A stretch of 64,000 bases of DNA, from NCBI GenBank assembly GCA_019637175.1, contig JAHBWD010000010.1:126715-190714 (forward strand). The letters are read 5' to 3'. The DNA is from Labilithrix sp. Its GTDB lineage: Bacteria; Myxococcota_A; Polyangia; Polyangiales; Polyangiaceae. The notes under the pieces were generated by a model, which worked only from the letters and a program-made list of their open reading frames with translations, searched no databases and was not told the DNA's origin. Position 1 is the first letter of the stretch, and the number at the start of each line of letters is the position of its first letter. The position numbers and the translations under genes are program-made. Shown here piece by piece: positions 28,526-37,362 of the stretch.

Positions 28526-29374
28526 TCAATCGAACGCCGTGAGCCTCGCGCGCGCCGCTTCGCGCCCGCGCTGGAGCGCGCGCTCCCAGAGCGCGACGCC
28601 TGACGGCGCGCTCTCCGCCCGCGCGAGCTCGGCGCAGATCGCGATCGCGAACGCGTCGCCGCTGCCGAGGAGGCTCTCGTCGCTCCTCTGGACGACCTCG
28701 CCGAACGGGCCCGTCGCCCACGCGCGCGCGCCGTCGCTCATCGCGAGGATCGCGTTCGGGCGGAGCGCCGCGCTCATCGACGCCGCGTCCATGTTGAGCC
28801 CGAAGAGATCTTCGACGGCGCAGAAGACGACGTCGGCCTCGCGAAGGACCATGCGGATCGTCCTCGCGTCGCGCCCCGCCCAGAGGTGCCAACGTGCGTT
28901 GACGTCGAGCACCACGATCGTGCCCGCGCGACGCGCCGCGCGCGCCGCCTTGCAGAGCGCGCCGGCGTGCGCGACGACCGGCGAGAGCCCCGACAACAAG
29001 AGCACGCGCGACGACCAGCCTTCGGGGATCGCGATCGGCTCTTCTCGCTCGCGATAGGAGACGACCTGGCGCGCGCCGCCGATGCGCTCGAGGAACACGA
29101 GGCCGCTCTCGGGCTCGCCGAAGGCCACGCCGCCGGTGTCGACCGCGCTCGCCTTCATCCTCTCGAGCAGCGCGCGACCGGGACGATCGTCGCTCAACGT
29201 CGTCGCGAGGCCCACGCGGAGCTCTCGACGCGCGAGCGCGAGGGCGGCGCTCACCGCGCCGCCGCCCGGACGAAGCCGCATCGACCGAGCCTCGCTCCGC
29301 GCGACGTTCCAACGCGCCTCGCCCGCGCAGATCACGTCGAAGCTCTTGGCGGCGGTGCGGAGCAGCTCGCGCAT
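28526..29374 (-). CDS. PfkB-family carbohydrate/nucleoside kinase
   Basis: Ribokinase-like fold with C-terminal GSGDAFAIAICAEL (DxxAG-type) motif; 282 aa. Confidence 0.65.
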   Translation of the reverse strand: MRELLRTAAKSFDVICAGEARWNVARSEARSMRLRPGGGAVSAALALARRELRVGLATTLSDDRPGRALLERMKASAVDTGGVAFGEPESGLVFLERIGGARQVVSYREREEPIAIPEGWSSRVLLLSGLSPVVAHAGALCKAARAARRAGTIVVLDVNARWHLWAGRDARTIRMVLREADVVFCAVEDLFGLNMDAASMSAALRPNAILAMSDGARAWATGPFGEVVQRSDESLLGSGDAFAIAICAELARAESAPSGVALWERALQRGREAARARLTAFD

Positions 29375-29392
29375 GGGGCAAAGTGTAGCGCA

Positions 29393-30059
29393 TCAGAAGT
29401 CGCCACGAAGGTACTCCTTGAGGCGCCACGTGCGGCCCGTCGGGTGATCGACGACGACGCCTTCCTGACAGCGGATCGTGCGTCGCTTGTCGCCGCGCAT
29501 CCCGCTGCCCACCTGACCGCGGCGATCGGCGGCGCGCGACGCTTCGGCGTGCGCTCGCGCCCCCTCTTCGAGGCGCGCCGCGAGCCGCGCGCGCGCGATC
29601 GCGCGATTGCGGTGCTGCGATCGCTCGGTCTCGCAGTGGACCGAGAGCCCGGTCGGCACGTGGACGAGATCGATCGCCGAGCACGTCTTGTTGCGGTGCT
29701 GCCCGCCGGCGCCCGAGCCGCGCGTCGCGCGCCACGCGAGATCGCGCGGGTCGACGCTGACGGCGATGCCCTCCTGCTCCGGCAGGACGGCCACGGTGAT
29801 CGTGCTCGTGTGAACGCGGCCGCGCCGCTCGCCCGGCGGGATGCGCTGCCAGCGATGACCGCCGGCTTCGTCGGCGAACGCCTCCGCGACGCCCTCCCCG
29901 CTCACGCGCAGGATCGCGAGCCCGGGTTGATGATCGACGAGGGCGATCTCAAAGACGCCTCCGCTGCGCGCGCCTCTCGTAGATCGCCATCTGCTCGACG
30001 ACGAGGGCCTTGGCGTCGGCGCCGCCCTCGGCGGCGCGGATCTCGACGATGATGCTCAT
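29393..30059 (-). CDS. RF-H-like class II peptide-chain release factor paralog (no domain 1) requiring a programmed +1 ribosomal frameshift
   Basis: Frame 0 (ATG 30057-30059, SD GGAGG) gives MSIIVEIRAAEGGADAKALVVEQMAIYERRAQRRRL then UGA. The +1 frame continues EIALVDHQPG...GSGAGGQHRNKT... to the stop at 29393. The junction is colinear with RF2 domain 2 (EIRAGAGGTEA...WAERRGF|KTEII). Shift site GGAGG-CGT-CTT-TGA-G matches the prfB site AGGGGG-UAU-CUU-UGA-C. Confidence 0.75.
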
Positions 30060-30157
30060 GATGTGCCTCCTTCGAATCTCCACTTCTGACGCAGCACGAC
30101 CGGAGCGCCCGCCTCGAGCGGGCACGGCTCACGGGAACGCGTAGGGAGAGCGCGAGG

Positions 30158-30940
30158 TCACGATGCCCTCTTCTTAACACCGCCGCCGCGCGACGCAAGG
30201 AGGCGCGCGCGAATCGCGAGGTGGTCGGAGGGCTCGGTCGGCGAAGGGAGCGGCGTCATGTCGTCGATCGCGGGCAGCGGCGCCGGCGTCGCCTCGAAGT
30301 GATCGGTGTGGAGGATGAAGTCGATGCGCTTGCGCTTGGCGTTCGAGTTCGCGGTGCACGCGTCGGGCAACGTCGCGTACGCGTCGCGAAGGCCTCGGTC
30401 GAAGGCGACGCGCAGCACGGGCGAGCTCGCGTCGGCGTTGAGATCGCCGCACACGATCCACGGCTCGCCCGGCCGAAGCCACGCGCTCACGAGCTCGAGC
30501 AGCTCGCCCCTGCCGAGGCGCTCCTCGGGCGGCACCTCGGGCTTCTCCCACTTGAGGTGCGTCGTCGCGATCCCGATCCCGCCGAAGCGCGCCGCGAGCG
30601 CGACGTGACCCGTCCCGTCGCCGTACGCGTGCTCGGCAAAGTCGACCGCGCCGAGCGATCGCCGCACGAAGATCGCGCAGCCGTCGGGCTTGCCTTGTTT
30701 CTTCACGAAGCCGCCCTCGAACGGCGCGCCGAGCCGCGCCTCGGCCGCGGCGAACATCGCGGGCTCGATCTCCTGAAGACAGACGACGTCGACGTCGCCG
30801 ACGTACGTGCCGAGGCGATCGAGCAGCGCCGCGCGGCGGCGCTGCGGCTCGAGCAGCTCCGGCGGCGTGTTCGGCCAGTACTCCGGCTTCACGTACGAGT
30901 CCGCCAGCACGTTCCAGGAGACGACGTCGATCGCGTTCAC
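30158..30940 (-). CDS. endonuclease/exonuclease/phosphatase (EEP) family protein
   Basis: GTG start overlaps the upstream stop (GTGA). EEP motifs: VVSWNVL...VVCLQE...IVCGDLNAD...SDH. Confidence 0.7.
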   Translation of the reverse strand: MNAIDVVSWNVLADSYVKPEYWPNTPPELLEPQRRRAALLDRLGTYVGDVDVVCLQEIEPAMFAAAEARLGAPFEGGFVKKQGKPDGCAIFVRRSLGAVDFAEHAYGDGTGHVALAARFGGIGIATTHLKWEKPEVPPEERLGRGELLELVSAWLRPGEPWIVCGDLNADASSPVLRVAFDRGLRDAYATLPDACTANSNAKRKRIDFILHTDHFEATPAPLPAIDDMTPLPSPTEPSDHLAIRARLLASRGGGVKKRAS

Positions 30941-31572
30941 TGCGCGCGCGTCCTCGATCGGAGGCGCGCGAAGACGATGGGCGCCGCCTTCTTCGAGGTG
31001 CCGAGGACCTCGGCGACGCGGTCGGCGTGGGCGTCGAGCCACGCCTGCCCCTCTTCGCGGCGCGGCTCGAGCCAGGTGATCTCCGACTCGGCCAGCGTGG
31101 CCTCGAGCTCCGCCTTCGTCGCCGGGCGCGCGTCGGCGTACTGGCCGTTGCTGCACTCGCGCGCGCTGACCCGCGCGGCGACGAGGATGATCCCGTCCGG
31201 CGAAGGCGGAACCACGACGTCGGCCGACGCCGTCCAGCTCGCGCGCGGCGCCGTCACCTCGATGCTCGAGAACGTGATCAGCGCGCGCGTGCGCGCGGGG
31301 ATGCTGACGAGCGACGCCGATCCCGGCGGCACCGCCGCGAGGAAGTTGCCCTCTTCGTCGGCGAGCACGGTGCTCGCCGAGCCCGAGCACGCCGAGGTCG
31401 GATACACGACGAGGAGCGCGCGTCGCTCCGTCTCCCCGTCCGCGCGCGCGAGCTCGTCGAGCGAGGGCTCGATCGCGTGGGCGCGGGGCGTCGTCGCGAT
31501 CATGCCCGGTGTCCGCTGCGCGGGCATGCACCCGACGAGCGCGCACACCGCGAGGGCGATGACGAACCTCAC
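30937..31572 (-). CDS. hypothetical lipoprotein
   Basis: GTG start giving MRFVIALAVCALVGC lipobox. It is the C-terminal 212 aa of ORF 30937..32340; the upstream part is shadow. Confidence 0.5.
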   Translation of the reverse strand: MRFVIALAVCALVGCMPAQRTPGMIATTPRAHAIEPSLDELARADGETERRALLVVYPTSACSGSASTVLADEEGNFLAAVPPGSASLVSIPARTRALITFSSIEVTAPRASWTASADVVVPPSPDGIILVAARVSARECSNGQYADARPATKAELEATLAESEITWLEPRREEGQAWLDAHADRVAEVLGTSKKAAPIVFARLRSRTRAQ

Positions 31573-31610
31573 CGTTCGATCGTAGCGCAGAACGCCGCGC
31601 GCGGAAGCGG

Positions 31611-33911
31611 CTACCAGGTCGGATGCGCGGGGTCCATGAAGGCGATCGGCGCCGCCAGGCATGCGTCGGGGATGCCGAACGCGTCGACGAGCTCGCGCGC
31701 CGCAGGGACGAGCTCGCGGATGAGCCGATCGCTCTCCTTGCGGAGCGCGCTCTCCTTCGTCGCGTCGAAATAGCCCTCGGACAGGTAAAATCCGGCGTCG
31801 GCGCGCAGCGCCCCGATGCCGTGCAGCGCCCCGACCTCGTCGAGCAGCGCGCGCAGCGCGTCGTCTTCGATCGTCGCGACGGCGTCGTCGAACCACTCGA
31901 GCGCGAGCCGCTCTGCATGAGCCCTCGCGAGCGCGACCATGTGCTCCTGAACCTCGAGCGCGGCCTCCTCCATGGGCTTCTTCGCCGCCAGGCGCTTGCG
32001 CAAGCGCGCCGCCGACGTCGACAGCAGCTGCTCCTCGCGATAGCGCAGCGCCGCGAGGTGGAACGCGCGATCGCGCAGGTGCTCGGGCGCGGTGCGACGC
32101 GCGGCGACGACGTTCTTCTCCAGCACCGCGACCTTCGCGCGCTCGGCGAGGTGGCGCGCCACGGCGGCGAAGCCCGTCCCCTCGAAGCGACGCTTGAAGC
32201 CCGCGAGCAAGCTCTTGGCGACGAGCTGGAGGAGCACGGTGTTGTCGCCTTCGAAGGTCGTGAACACCTCGATGTCGGCGCAGAGATCGGGCAAGCGGTT
32301 CACCGAGAGGTAGCCCTGCCCGCCGCACGCCTCGCGGCACGCGCGCGCGGTGTCGACGGCGTGCGCGGTCGCGATCACCTTGAGCGCGGCGGCCTGGGCC
32401 TCGAGCTCGCGCGTGTCGACGTCGCCCGTCGCCCTCGTCGCTTCGGCGAAGACGCGGCGCAGGCGATCGATCGCGAAGCTGTGGACGTACGTCGTCGCGA
32501 GCCTCGGCAAGAGCCTCCGGCCGTGCGTGGGGTACGACATCAAGGGCAGCCCGTCGCTCGCGCCGAAGGGCCGGCGCGCGGTCGCGTAGCGAACCGCGAT
32601 CGCGAGCGCCACCTTCGACGCGGTGACGCCCGCGGCGGCGACCGAGACGCGTCCGCCGACGAGCGTGCCGAGCATCGTGAAGAAGCGCCGGCTCGGGTTG
32701 GCGATCTCGCTCTCGTAGCGGCCCACGTCATCCATGCGCGCGAAGCGCGCGAGCAGCGCGCTCTCGGGGACGGCCACGTTGTCGAACCAGAGGCGGCCGT
32801 TGTCGACGCCGTTCAGGCCCATCTTGTGACCGGTGTCTCCCGCGCGCACACCTTCGCACATCGCGCCGTTCGCGTCGCGGATCGGAACGAGGAAGGCGTG
32901 CACGCCGTGACGCTCGCCGTGCGCCTCGAGCTGCGCAAAGACCGTCGCCGTGCGCGCGTGCTTGGCCGCGCCGCCGATCCAGTCCTTGCGCGCCGACTCG
33001 CCCGGCGTGTGGATCACGAACGTGCGCGTGTCGGGCTGCCACGTCGCGACCGTCTCGAGATTCGCGACGTCGGAGCCGTGACCGACCTCGCTCATCGCGA
33101 AGCAGCCGGGCGTCTCGAGCGTCGCGATCTTCGGCAAGTGCTCGCGGCGCTGCGCGTCGGTCGCGAGAAAGTACACGCTCCCGCCGAAGAGCCCGAACTG
33201 CACGCCGTAGCGAACGACGAGCGAGAGATCGCCCATCGCGAGCGACTCGAACGTCGCGACGAAGGCGCCGAGATCCGGCTCCTCGCTCGTGACGCCGGGA
33301 TACGCGCGCGCCCCGAAGCCGCGCTTCGCGAGCTCCGCGAGCCAGCCCGCGACCTTGATCCGATACTCGTCGACCGGGAGCCCGTACGCGCGCACGTCGG
33401 GCTGCGCGAGGAACCGCCGCACCTCCTCGCGCACGGCGCTCTGATCGCCGTCGAGCAGCGCCTGGAGCGCGCGAACGTCGAACGCGGGCGCGTCGGGGCC
33501 CGCGCGCTCGGCGACGGGCATCGGCGCGCCGCGCGTCACGCCGACGCGCTCTTCGAGCTCGGCGAGCGCGCGCTTCACGTCGTCGTCCGCGCCGGTCGCC
33601 TCGGCGAGCGACGCGCCGAGCTCGACGAGATCGCGACGCCGCTCCGGCGAGAGCGTCGCCGACACGCGCTCGACCGCGTCGATCAGCGCCGCGCGCTCTT
33701 CGGCGCTCGGCGGCGCCGACGGATCGAGCCACGCGGCGAGCGCGATGCGCGCCGCCGGCCGGAGCCATGGCATGGCCTCCACGCGCGCGCAGAGCGCGGC
33801 GAGATCGTCCTCCTCCATGTCGCCGTCCGACCACGCGACCCACAAGAGCGGCAGGAAGGGACGAAGCTGCGGATCCTCGAGGAGCGTGGTGCGGGAGCTC
33901 TTGTCGGTCAT
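31611..33911 (-). CDS. acyl-CoA oxidase/dehydrogenase (ACOX-like) with ~115-aa N-terminal extension
   Basis: Start MTDKSSRTTLLEDP. ACAD/ACOX core (GCFAMSEVGHGSD...) plus the ACOX C-terminal helical domains. The N-terminal extension is acidic and helical. Confidence 0.75.
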   Translation of the reverse strand: MTDKSSRTTLLEDPQLRPFLPLLWVAWSDGDMEEDDLAALCARVEAMPWLRPAARIALAAWLDPSAPPSAEERAALIDAVERVSATLSPERRRDLVELGASLAEATGADDDVKRALAELEERVGVTRGAPMPVAERAGPDAPAFDVRALQALLDGDQSAVREEVRRFLAQPDVRAYGLPVDEYRIKVAGWLAELAKRGFGARAYPGVTSEEPDLGAFVATFESLAMGDLSLVVRYGVQFGLFGGSVYFLATDAQRREHLPKIATLETPGCFAMSEVGHGSDVANLETVATWQPDTRTFVIHTPGESARKDWIGGAAKHARTATVFAQLEAHGERHGVHAFLVPIRDANGAMCEGVRAGDTGHKMGLNGVDNGRLWFDNVAVPESALLARFARMDDVGRYESEIANPSRRFFTMLGTLVGGRVSVAAAGVTASKVALAIAVRYATARRPFGASDGLPLMSYPTHGRRLLPRLATTYVHSFAIDRLRRVFAEATRATGDVDTRELEAQAAALKVIATAHAVDTARACREACGGQGYLSVNRLPDLCADIEVFTTFEGDNTVLLQLVAKSLLAGFKRRFEGTGFAAVARHLAERAKVAVLEKNVVAARRTAPEHLRDRAFHLAALRYREEQLLSTSAARLRKRLAAKKPMEEAALEVQEHMVALARAHAERLALEWFDDAVATIEDDALRALLDEVGALHGIGALRADAGFYLSEGYFDATKESALRKESDRLIRELVPAARELVDAFGIPDACLAAPIAFMDPAHPTW

Positions 33912-33916
33912 GGCCT

Positions 33917-35203
33917 CTACTCGCGTACGAACTGACCGTCTCCGGTCGTGGTGAGCAAGATGTCTCCGTCGCGCGCGGTCGCGAAGACGCGATCGCTCAC
34001 GTCGATCGAGACCCAGTCGCCGGGCTTCGGCTTCTTGCAGATCCCGTCGAAGACCTCGAGCGGACGCTTGGCCTGCGACGCGGTGAAGCCCTCGAGGCGC
34101 TCCACCGTCGAGCGCCGCGGATGACAGTAGTCGCGGTTCGTTCCTTCGTCCTTCTTGCCCGACGAGATGACGACCCACCCGGGGCGCACGCGCGCGGCGA
34201 ACGCCTCCGACGACGACGTGTCGCTGCCGTGGTGGCCGGCCTGGAGGAGCGTCACCGCGTCGGTGGCGAAGAGCGCCTCTTCCTTGGCCTCGGCGTCGCC
34301 GGTGAAGAGCACCGACGACTTGCAGTAGTCGATGCGCAGCGCGATCGAGCAATCGTTCGGATCCTTGTCGCAGTTGGTCGGCCACTTCGAGGGCACGACC
34401 GGGCGCACCTTCACGTCGCCGACGTCGGCGAGCGGGCTCGCGACGTGCTCGGGATCGACGACGACGATCTTCGTTCCGCGATCGGCCGCGGCCTTGCGCG
34501 CGCGCGCGATCGGCCCGGGCTTGCCGCCGTCTTTCTCGTCGAGCCGCGTGCCGTTGTCGACGTAGGTCGCGACCTCGAACGTCTTGAGCACCGTGTCGGC
34601 GTTGCCCGCGTGGTCGGAGTGTTGGTGCGTCGTCCAGACGACGTCGAGCTTCTTGTCGGGGACGTCTTTGGCGAGCGCCGCGAGCAGGTGCGCGCTCCAG
34701 TCTTTGCACGGCTTGCCGCAGCCGGCGCGCGTGGGCTGCTCGCCGGTGTCGACGAGGATGCGACGGCCGTCGGGCAGCTCGACGAGCGCCGCGAGCGCTT
34801 GGCCCACGTCGTAGAAGCGGACCTTCATCTTCGCGCCTCCGCACGCCGCCGGCGCGGGGAGGCCGCTGTTGGCCGCGAGGAAGCCCGCGCCCTCGTCGCC
34901 GCAGCGACGCTTGCATCTTGCACGCGTCACGCCGCAGAAGAGCTCGAGGTTCTTCATCTCCTCTTCGCTCGGCGGCGCGCCGTCCGTCTTCTCGACGTCC
35001 TTCTGCGCTTGCTCGAGGCACGGCTTCGACGTCGAAGCGCACCAATCGGCGCAGAACTTCGCGCGGTCGGCCTCGTTCTCCGGCACCTCCACGGGCGGCG
35101 GGGGCTCGGCGGCCGGCGGGAGCGGCATCGGCGGCGAGGGCGGAGTCGCGATGCACGCGGTCAGGGCCGAGAGCAAGGCGGCGAACGTGGCCGAGGACCT
35201 CAT
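33917..35203 (-). CDS. MBL-fold metallo-hydrolase lipoprotein (ComEC/Rec2-related beta-lactamase-domain type)
   Basis: Start MRSSATFAALLSALTACIA. HQHSDHAGN (HxHxDH) motif. Cys-rich N-terminal segment. Confidence 0.65.
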   Translation of the reverse strand: MRSSATFAALLSALTACIATPPSPPMPLPPAAEPPPPVEVPENEADRAKFCADWCASTSKPCLEQAQKDVEKTDGAPPSEEEMKNLELFCGVTRARCKRRCGDEGAGFLAANSGLPAPAACGGAKMKVRFYDVGQALAALVELPDGRRILVDTGEQPTRAGCGKPCKDWSAHLLAALAKDVPDKKLDVVWTTHQHSDHAGNADTVLKTFEVATYVDNGTRLDEKDGGKPGPIARARKAAADRGTKIVVVDPEHVASPLADVGDVKVRPVVPSKWPTNCDKDPNDCSIALRIDYCKSSVLFTGDAEAKEEALFATDAVTLLQAGHHGSDTSSSEAFAARVRPGWVVISSGKKDEGTNRDYCHPRRSTVERLEGFTASQAKRPLEVFDGICKKPKPGDWVSIDVSDRVFATARDGDILLTTTGDGQFVRE

Positions 35204-35381
35204 CGACACCGAGAAGACCTCACGTCCGCCGCGTCGGCAAGTCGACTCTGCGCGATCGAAGCGAATCATTTCATGAGATTGCGCACATCGCCGGGCCGCG
35301 GCGCCGCCCTTCCCTCCGATTGGGTGACAGGCGCAGCGCGCGCGCGTGGTCATCCTTCAGGACTCCAACGGAGGTCGAACG

Positions 35382-35900
35382 GTGCTTCGTTTCAAGACGT
35401 GGACGGTGGTGGGGGCGCTCGCGTGCTTGGGCGCGGTTGGCTGCACGATTCAGCCGGTCGCCAAGGACGGCAGCAAGCCGAGCTCGAACGCGAGCGCCGG
35501 GAACGGCGAGAGCGCCGAGAGCGCCGAGAGCAGCGAGGGAGGCGGCAGCATCCCCGCGAGTGTCGTCGGCAGCTGGTCGTTCGCGGGCTCGAGCGCGGGC
35601 GCGGTCTACGACCTGATGGCCGACGGCACCTATCGCTACACCGGCGTGATGGAGAACTCGATCACGTGCACGAAGATCAAGATGTTCCAGGAGGGAACCG
35701 CGACCTTCGACGCCGAGAAGGTGACGTTCCACATGATCGAGGCGACCACGGTGAGCGAGCCCTGCAACGGTGCGCCCACGACGAAGCCGGGCACGGTGGA
35801 AGACAGAGTGAAGAGCTGGCGTGTGGAGGGCGATACGCTCTTCTTGTGGGGGGCCGACTGCGACGGCAGCGCCTCGTGCTCCGAGACCTACTCGCGGTGA
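35382..35900 (+). CDS. hypothetical lipoprotein
   Basis: GTG start with GGAGG Shine-Dalgarno 7 nt upstream. LRFKTWTVVGALACLGAVGC lipobox. Confidence 0.5.
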   Translation: MLRFKTWTVVGALACLGAVGCTIQPVAKDGSKPSSNASAGNGESAESAESSEGGGSIPASVVGSWSFAGSSAGAVYDLMADGTYRYTGVMENSITCTKIKMFQEGTATFDAEKVTFHMIEATTVSEPCNGAPTTKPGTVEDRVKSWRVEGDTLFLWGADCDGSASCSETYSR

Positions 35901-35904
35901 GGCC

Positions 35905-37308
35905 ATGAAGACGACTTCGAAGACGACGGGCGCTCTCCTCTTTTCTCTCTTCGCCGTGCTCGCGGCCGGATGTGAAGACGCCTCCAACTCGGGCGGCGCG
36001 GTCGACGTTCCCGCGCCCGGCGAGACGCCTCCGGGCGAGACGCCGGTCGTGATCAAGTGCGATCCGCCCACGGGCGGCCCGACGAAGCACGACGCCTCGC
36101 GCGTCACCGCCGACGAGACGTGGACGGCCGCAGGCAGCCCGCACATCGTGACGGGCACCGTGGGCGTGAGCAGCGGCGCCAAGCTCACGATCGAGCCGTG
36201 CGCCGAGGTTCGCATGGGCCGCGACGCGGCGCTCCTCGTGTCCGGTCCGCAGAGCCCGACGACCGGTTCGCTCGTGGCCGAAGGCGACGCCGAGCATCCG
36301 ATCAAGATCGTCGCCGACGATCCGGCCAAGCCGTGGGCCAACCTCGCGCTGCGCGCCGGGGCGACCGCGTCGCTCGCGCACGTGACGCTCGAGGGCGGCG
36401 GCGCAGGCAACGGCCCCTTCAGCGACGCGATCCTCCGCGTGACCGGGGATCAGTACCAAGACCCGCAGCAGATGCTGAAGGCGAAGAACGTCACGGTGAA
36501 GGGCTCCAAGAACTACGGCGTCTTCCTCGAGGGCCACGGCACCTTCACGCAAGACTCCGACGCGCTCACGGTGACGGGCTCGACGAAGGCCCCCATCGCG
36601 ACCTGGGCGAGCTCGATCGGTCACCTGCCGCACGGCACGTACACGGGCAACGGCGTCGATCACGTCGTCATCCGCGGCGGCGGCGGCTACGAACGCATCG
36701 ACACCAGCGTGACGCTCAAGAACCTCGGCGTGAGCTACCACGTCGGCACCGAGCAGACGAACGCACCGCTGATCCACGTGAGCGGCGGCGCCAAGGGCCT
36801 CGCGACGTTGACCATCGAGAAGGGCACCCGCGTCGCGTTCGGCGCGGGCGGCATCTTCGAGATCGAGCACTTCACGGGCGACGCGCCGGCCACCGGCGCG
36901 CTCGTCGCGGCCGGCACGCCCGACGCGAAGATCGTCTTCACATCGGCGGCGGCGACGCCTGCCGCGGGCGACTGGGTGGGTCTCCACTACGGCATGGTCC
37001 CCTCTGCGACGAACAAGCTCGATCACGTCGTCGTCGAGTACGCCGGCGGCACGACGGGCACGCTCAACTTCTCCTGCAACGAGCCCTACCGCGACGAAGC
37101 CGCCATCCTCGTCCTCGGCGAGCCGTCGGGCGCGTTCGTGACCAACACCGCGATCAAGCACAGCGCGCGCCACGGCATCGACCGCGGCTGGCGCGGCGCC
37201 CCGATCGACTTCATGGCCAGCAACACCTTCGACGGCGTCGCGGCCTGCAAGCAGACGTTCCCGAAGGACGACAACGGCGGCTGCCCCGCCTCGCCCGCCT
37301 GCCCCTGA
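35905..37308 (+). CDS. secreted lipoprotein with right-handed beta-helix-like repeats
   Basis: MKTTSKTTGALLFSLFAVLAAGCED lipobox. Gly/Thr-rich, repeated beta-strand segments. Confidence 0.5.
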   Translation: MKTTSKTTGALLFSLFAVLAAGCEDASNSGGAVDVPAPGETPPGETPVVIKCDPPTGGPTKHDASRVTADETWTAAGSPHIVTGTVGVSSGAKLTIEPCAEVRMGRDAALLVSGPQSPTTGSLVAEGDAEHPIKIVADDPAKPWANLALRAGATASLAHVTLEGGGAGNGPFSDAILRVTGDQYQDPQQMLKAKNVTVKGSKNYGVFLEGHGTFTQDSDALTVTGSTKAPIATWASSIGHLPHGTYTGNGVDHVVIRGGGGYERIDTSVTLKNLGVSYHVGTEQTNAPLIHVSGGAKGLATLTIEKGTRVAFGAGGIFEIEHFTGDAPATGALVAAGTPDAKIVFTSAAATPAAGDWVGLHYGMVPSATNKLDHVVVEYAGGTTGTLNFSCNEPYRDEAAILVLGEPSGAFVTNTAIKHSARHGIDRGWRGAPIDFMASNTFDGVAACKQTFPKDDNGGCPASPACP

Positions 37309-37362
37309 GCCGCGCCGAGAAGGCGTAGATCTTCCGCCGCCGTCGTACGTCGAAAGGGCCCC

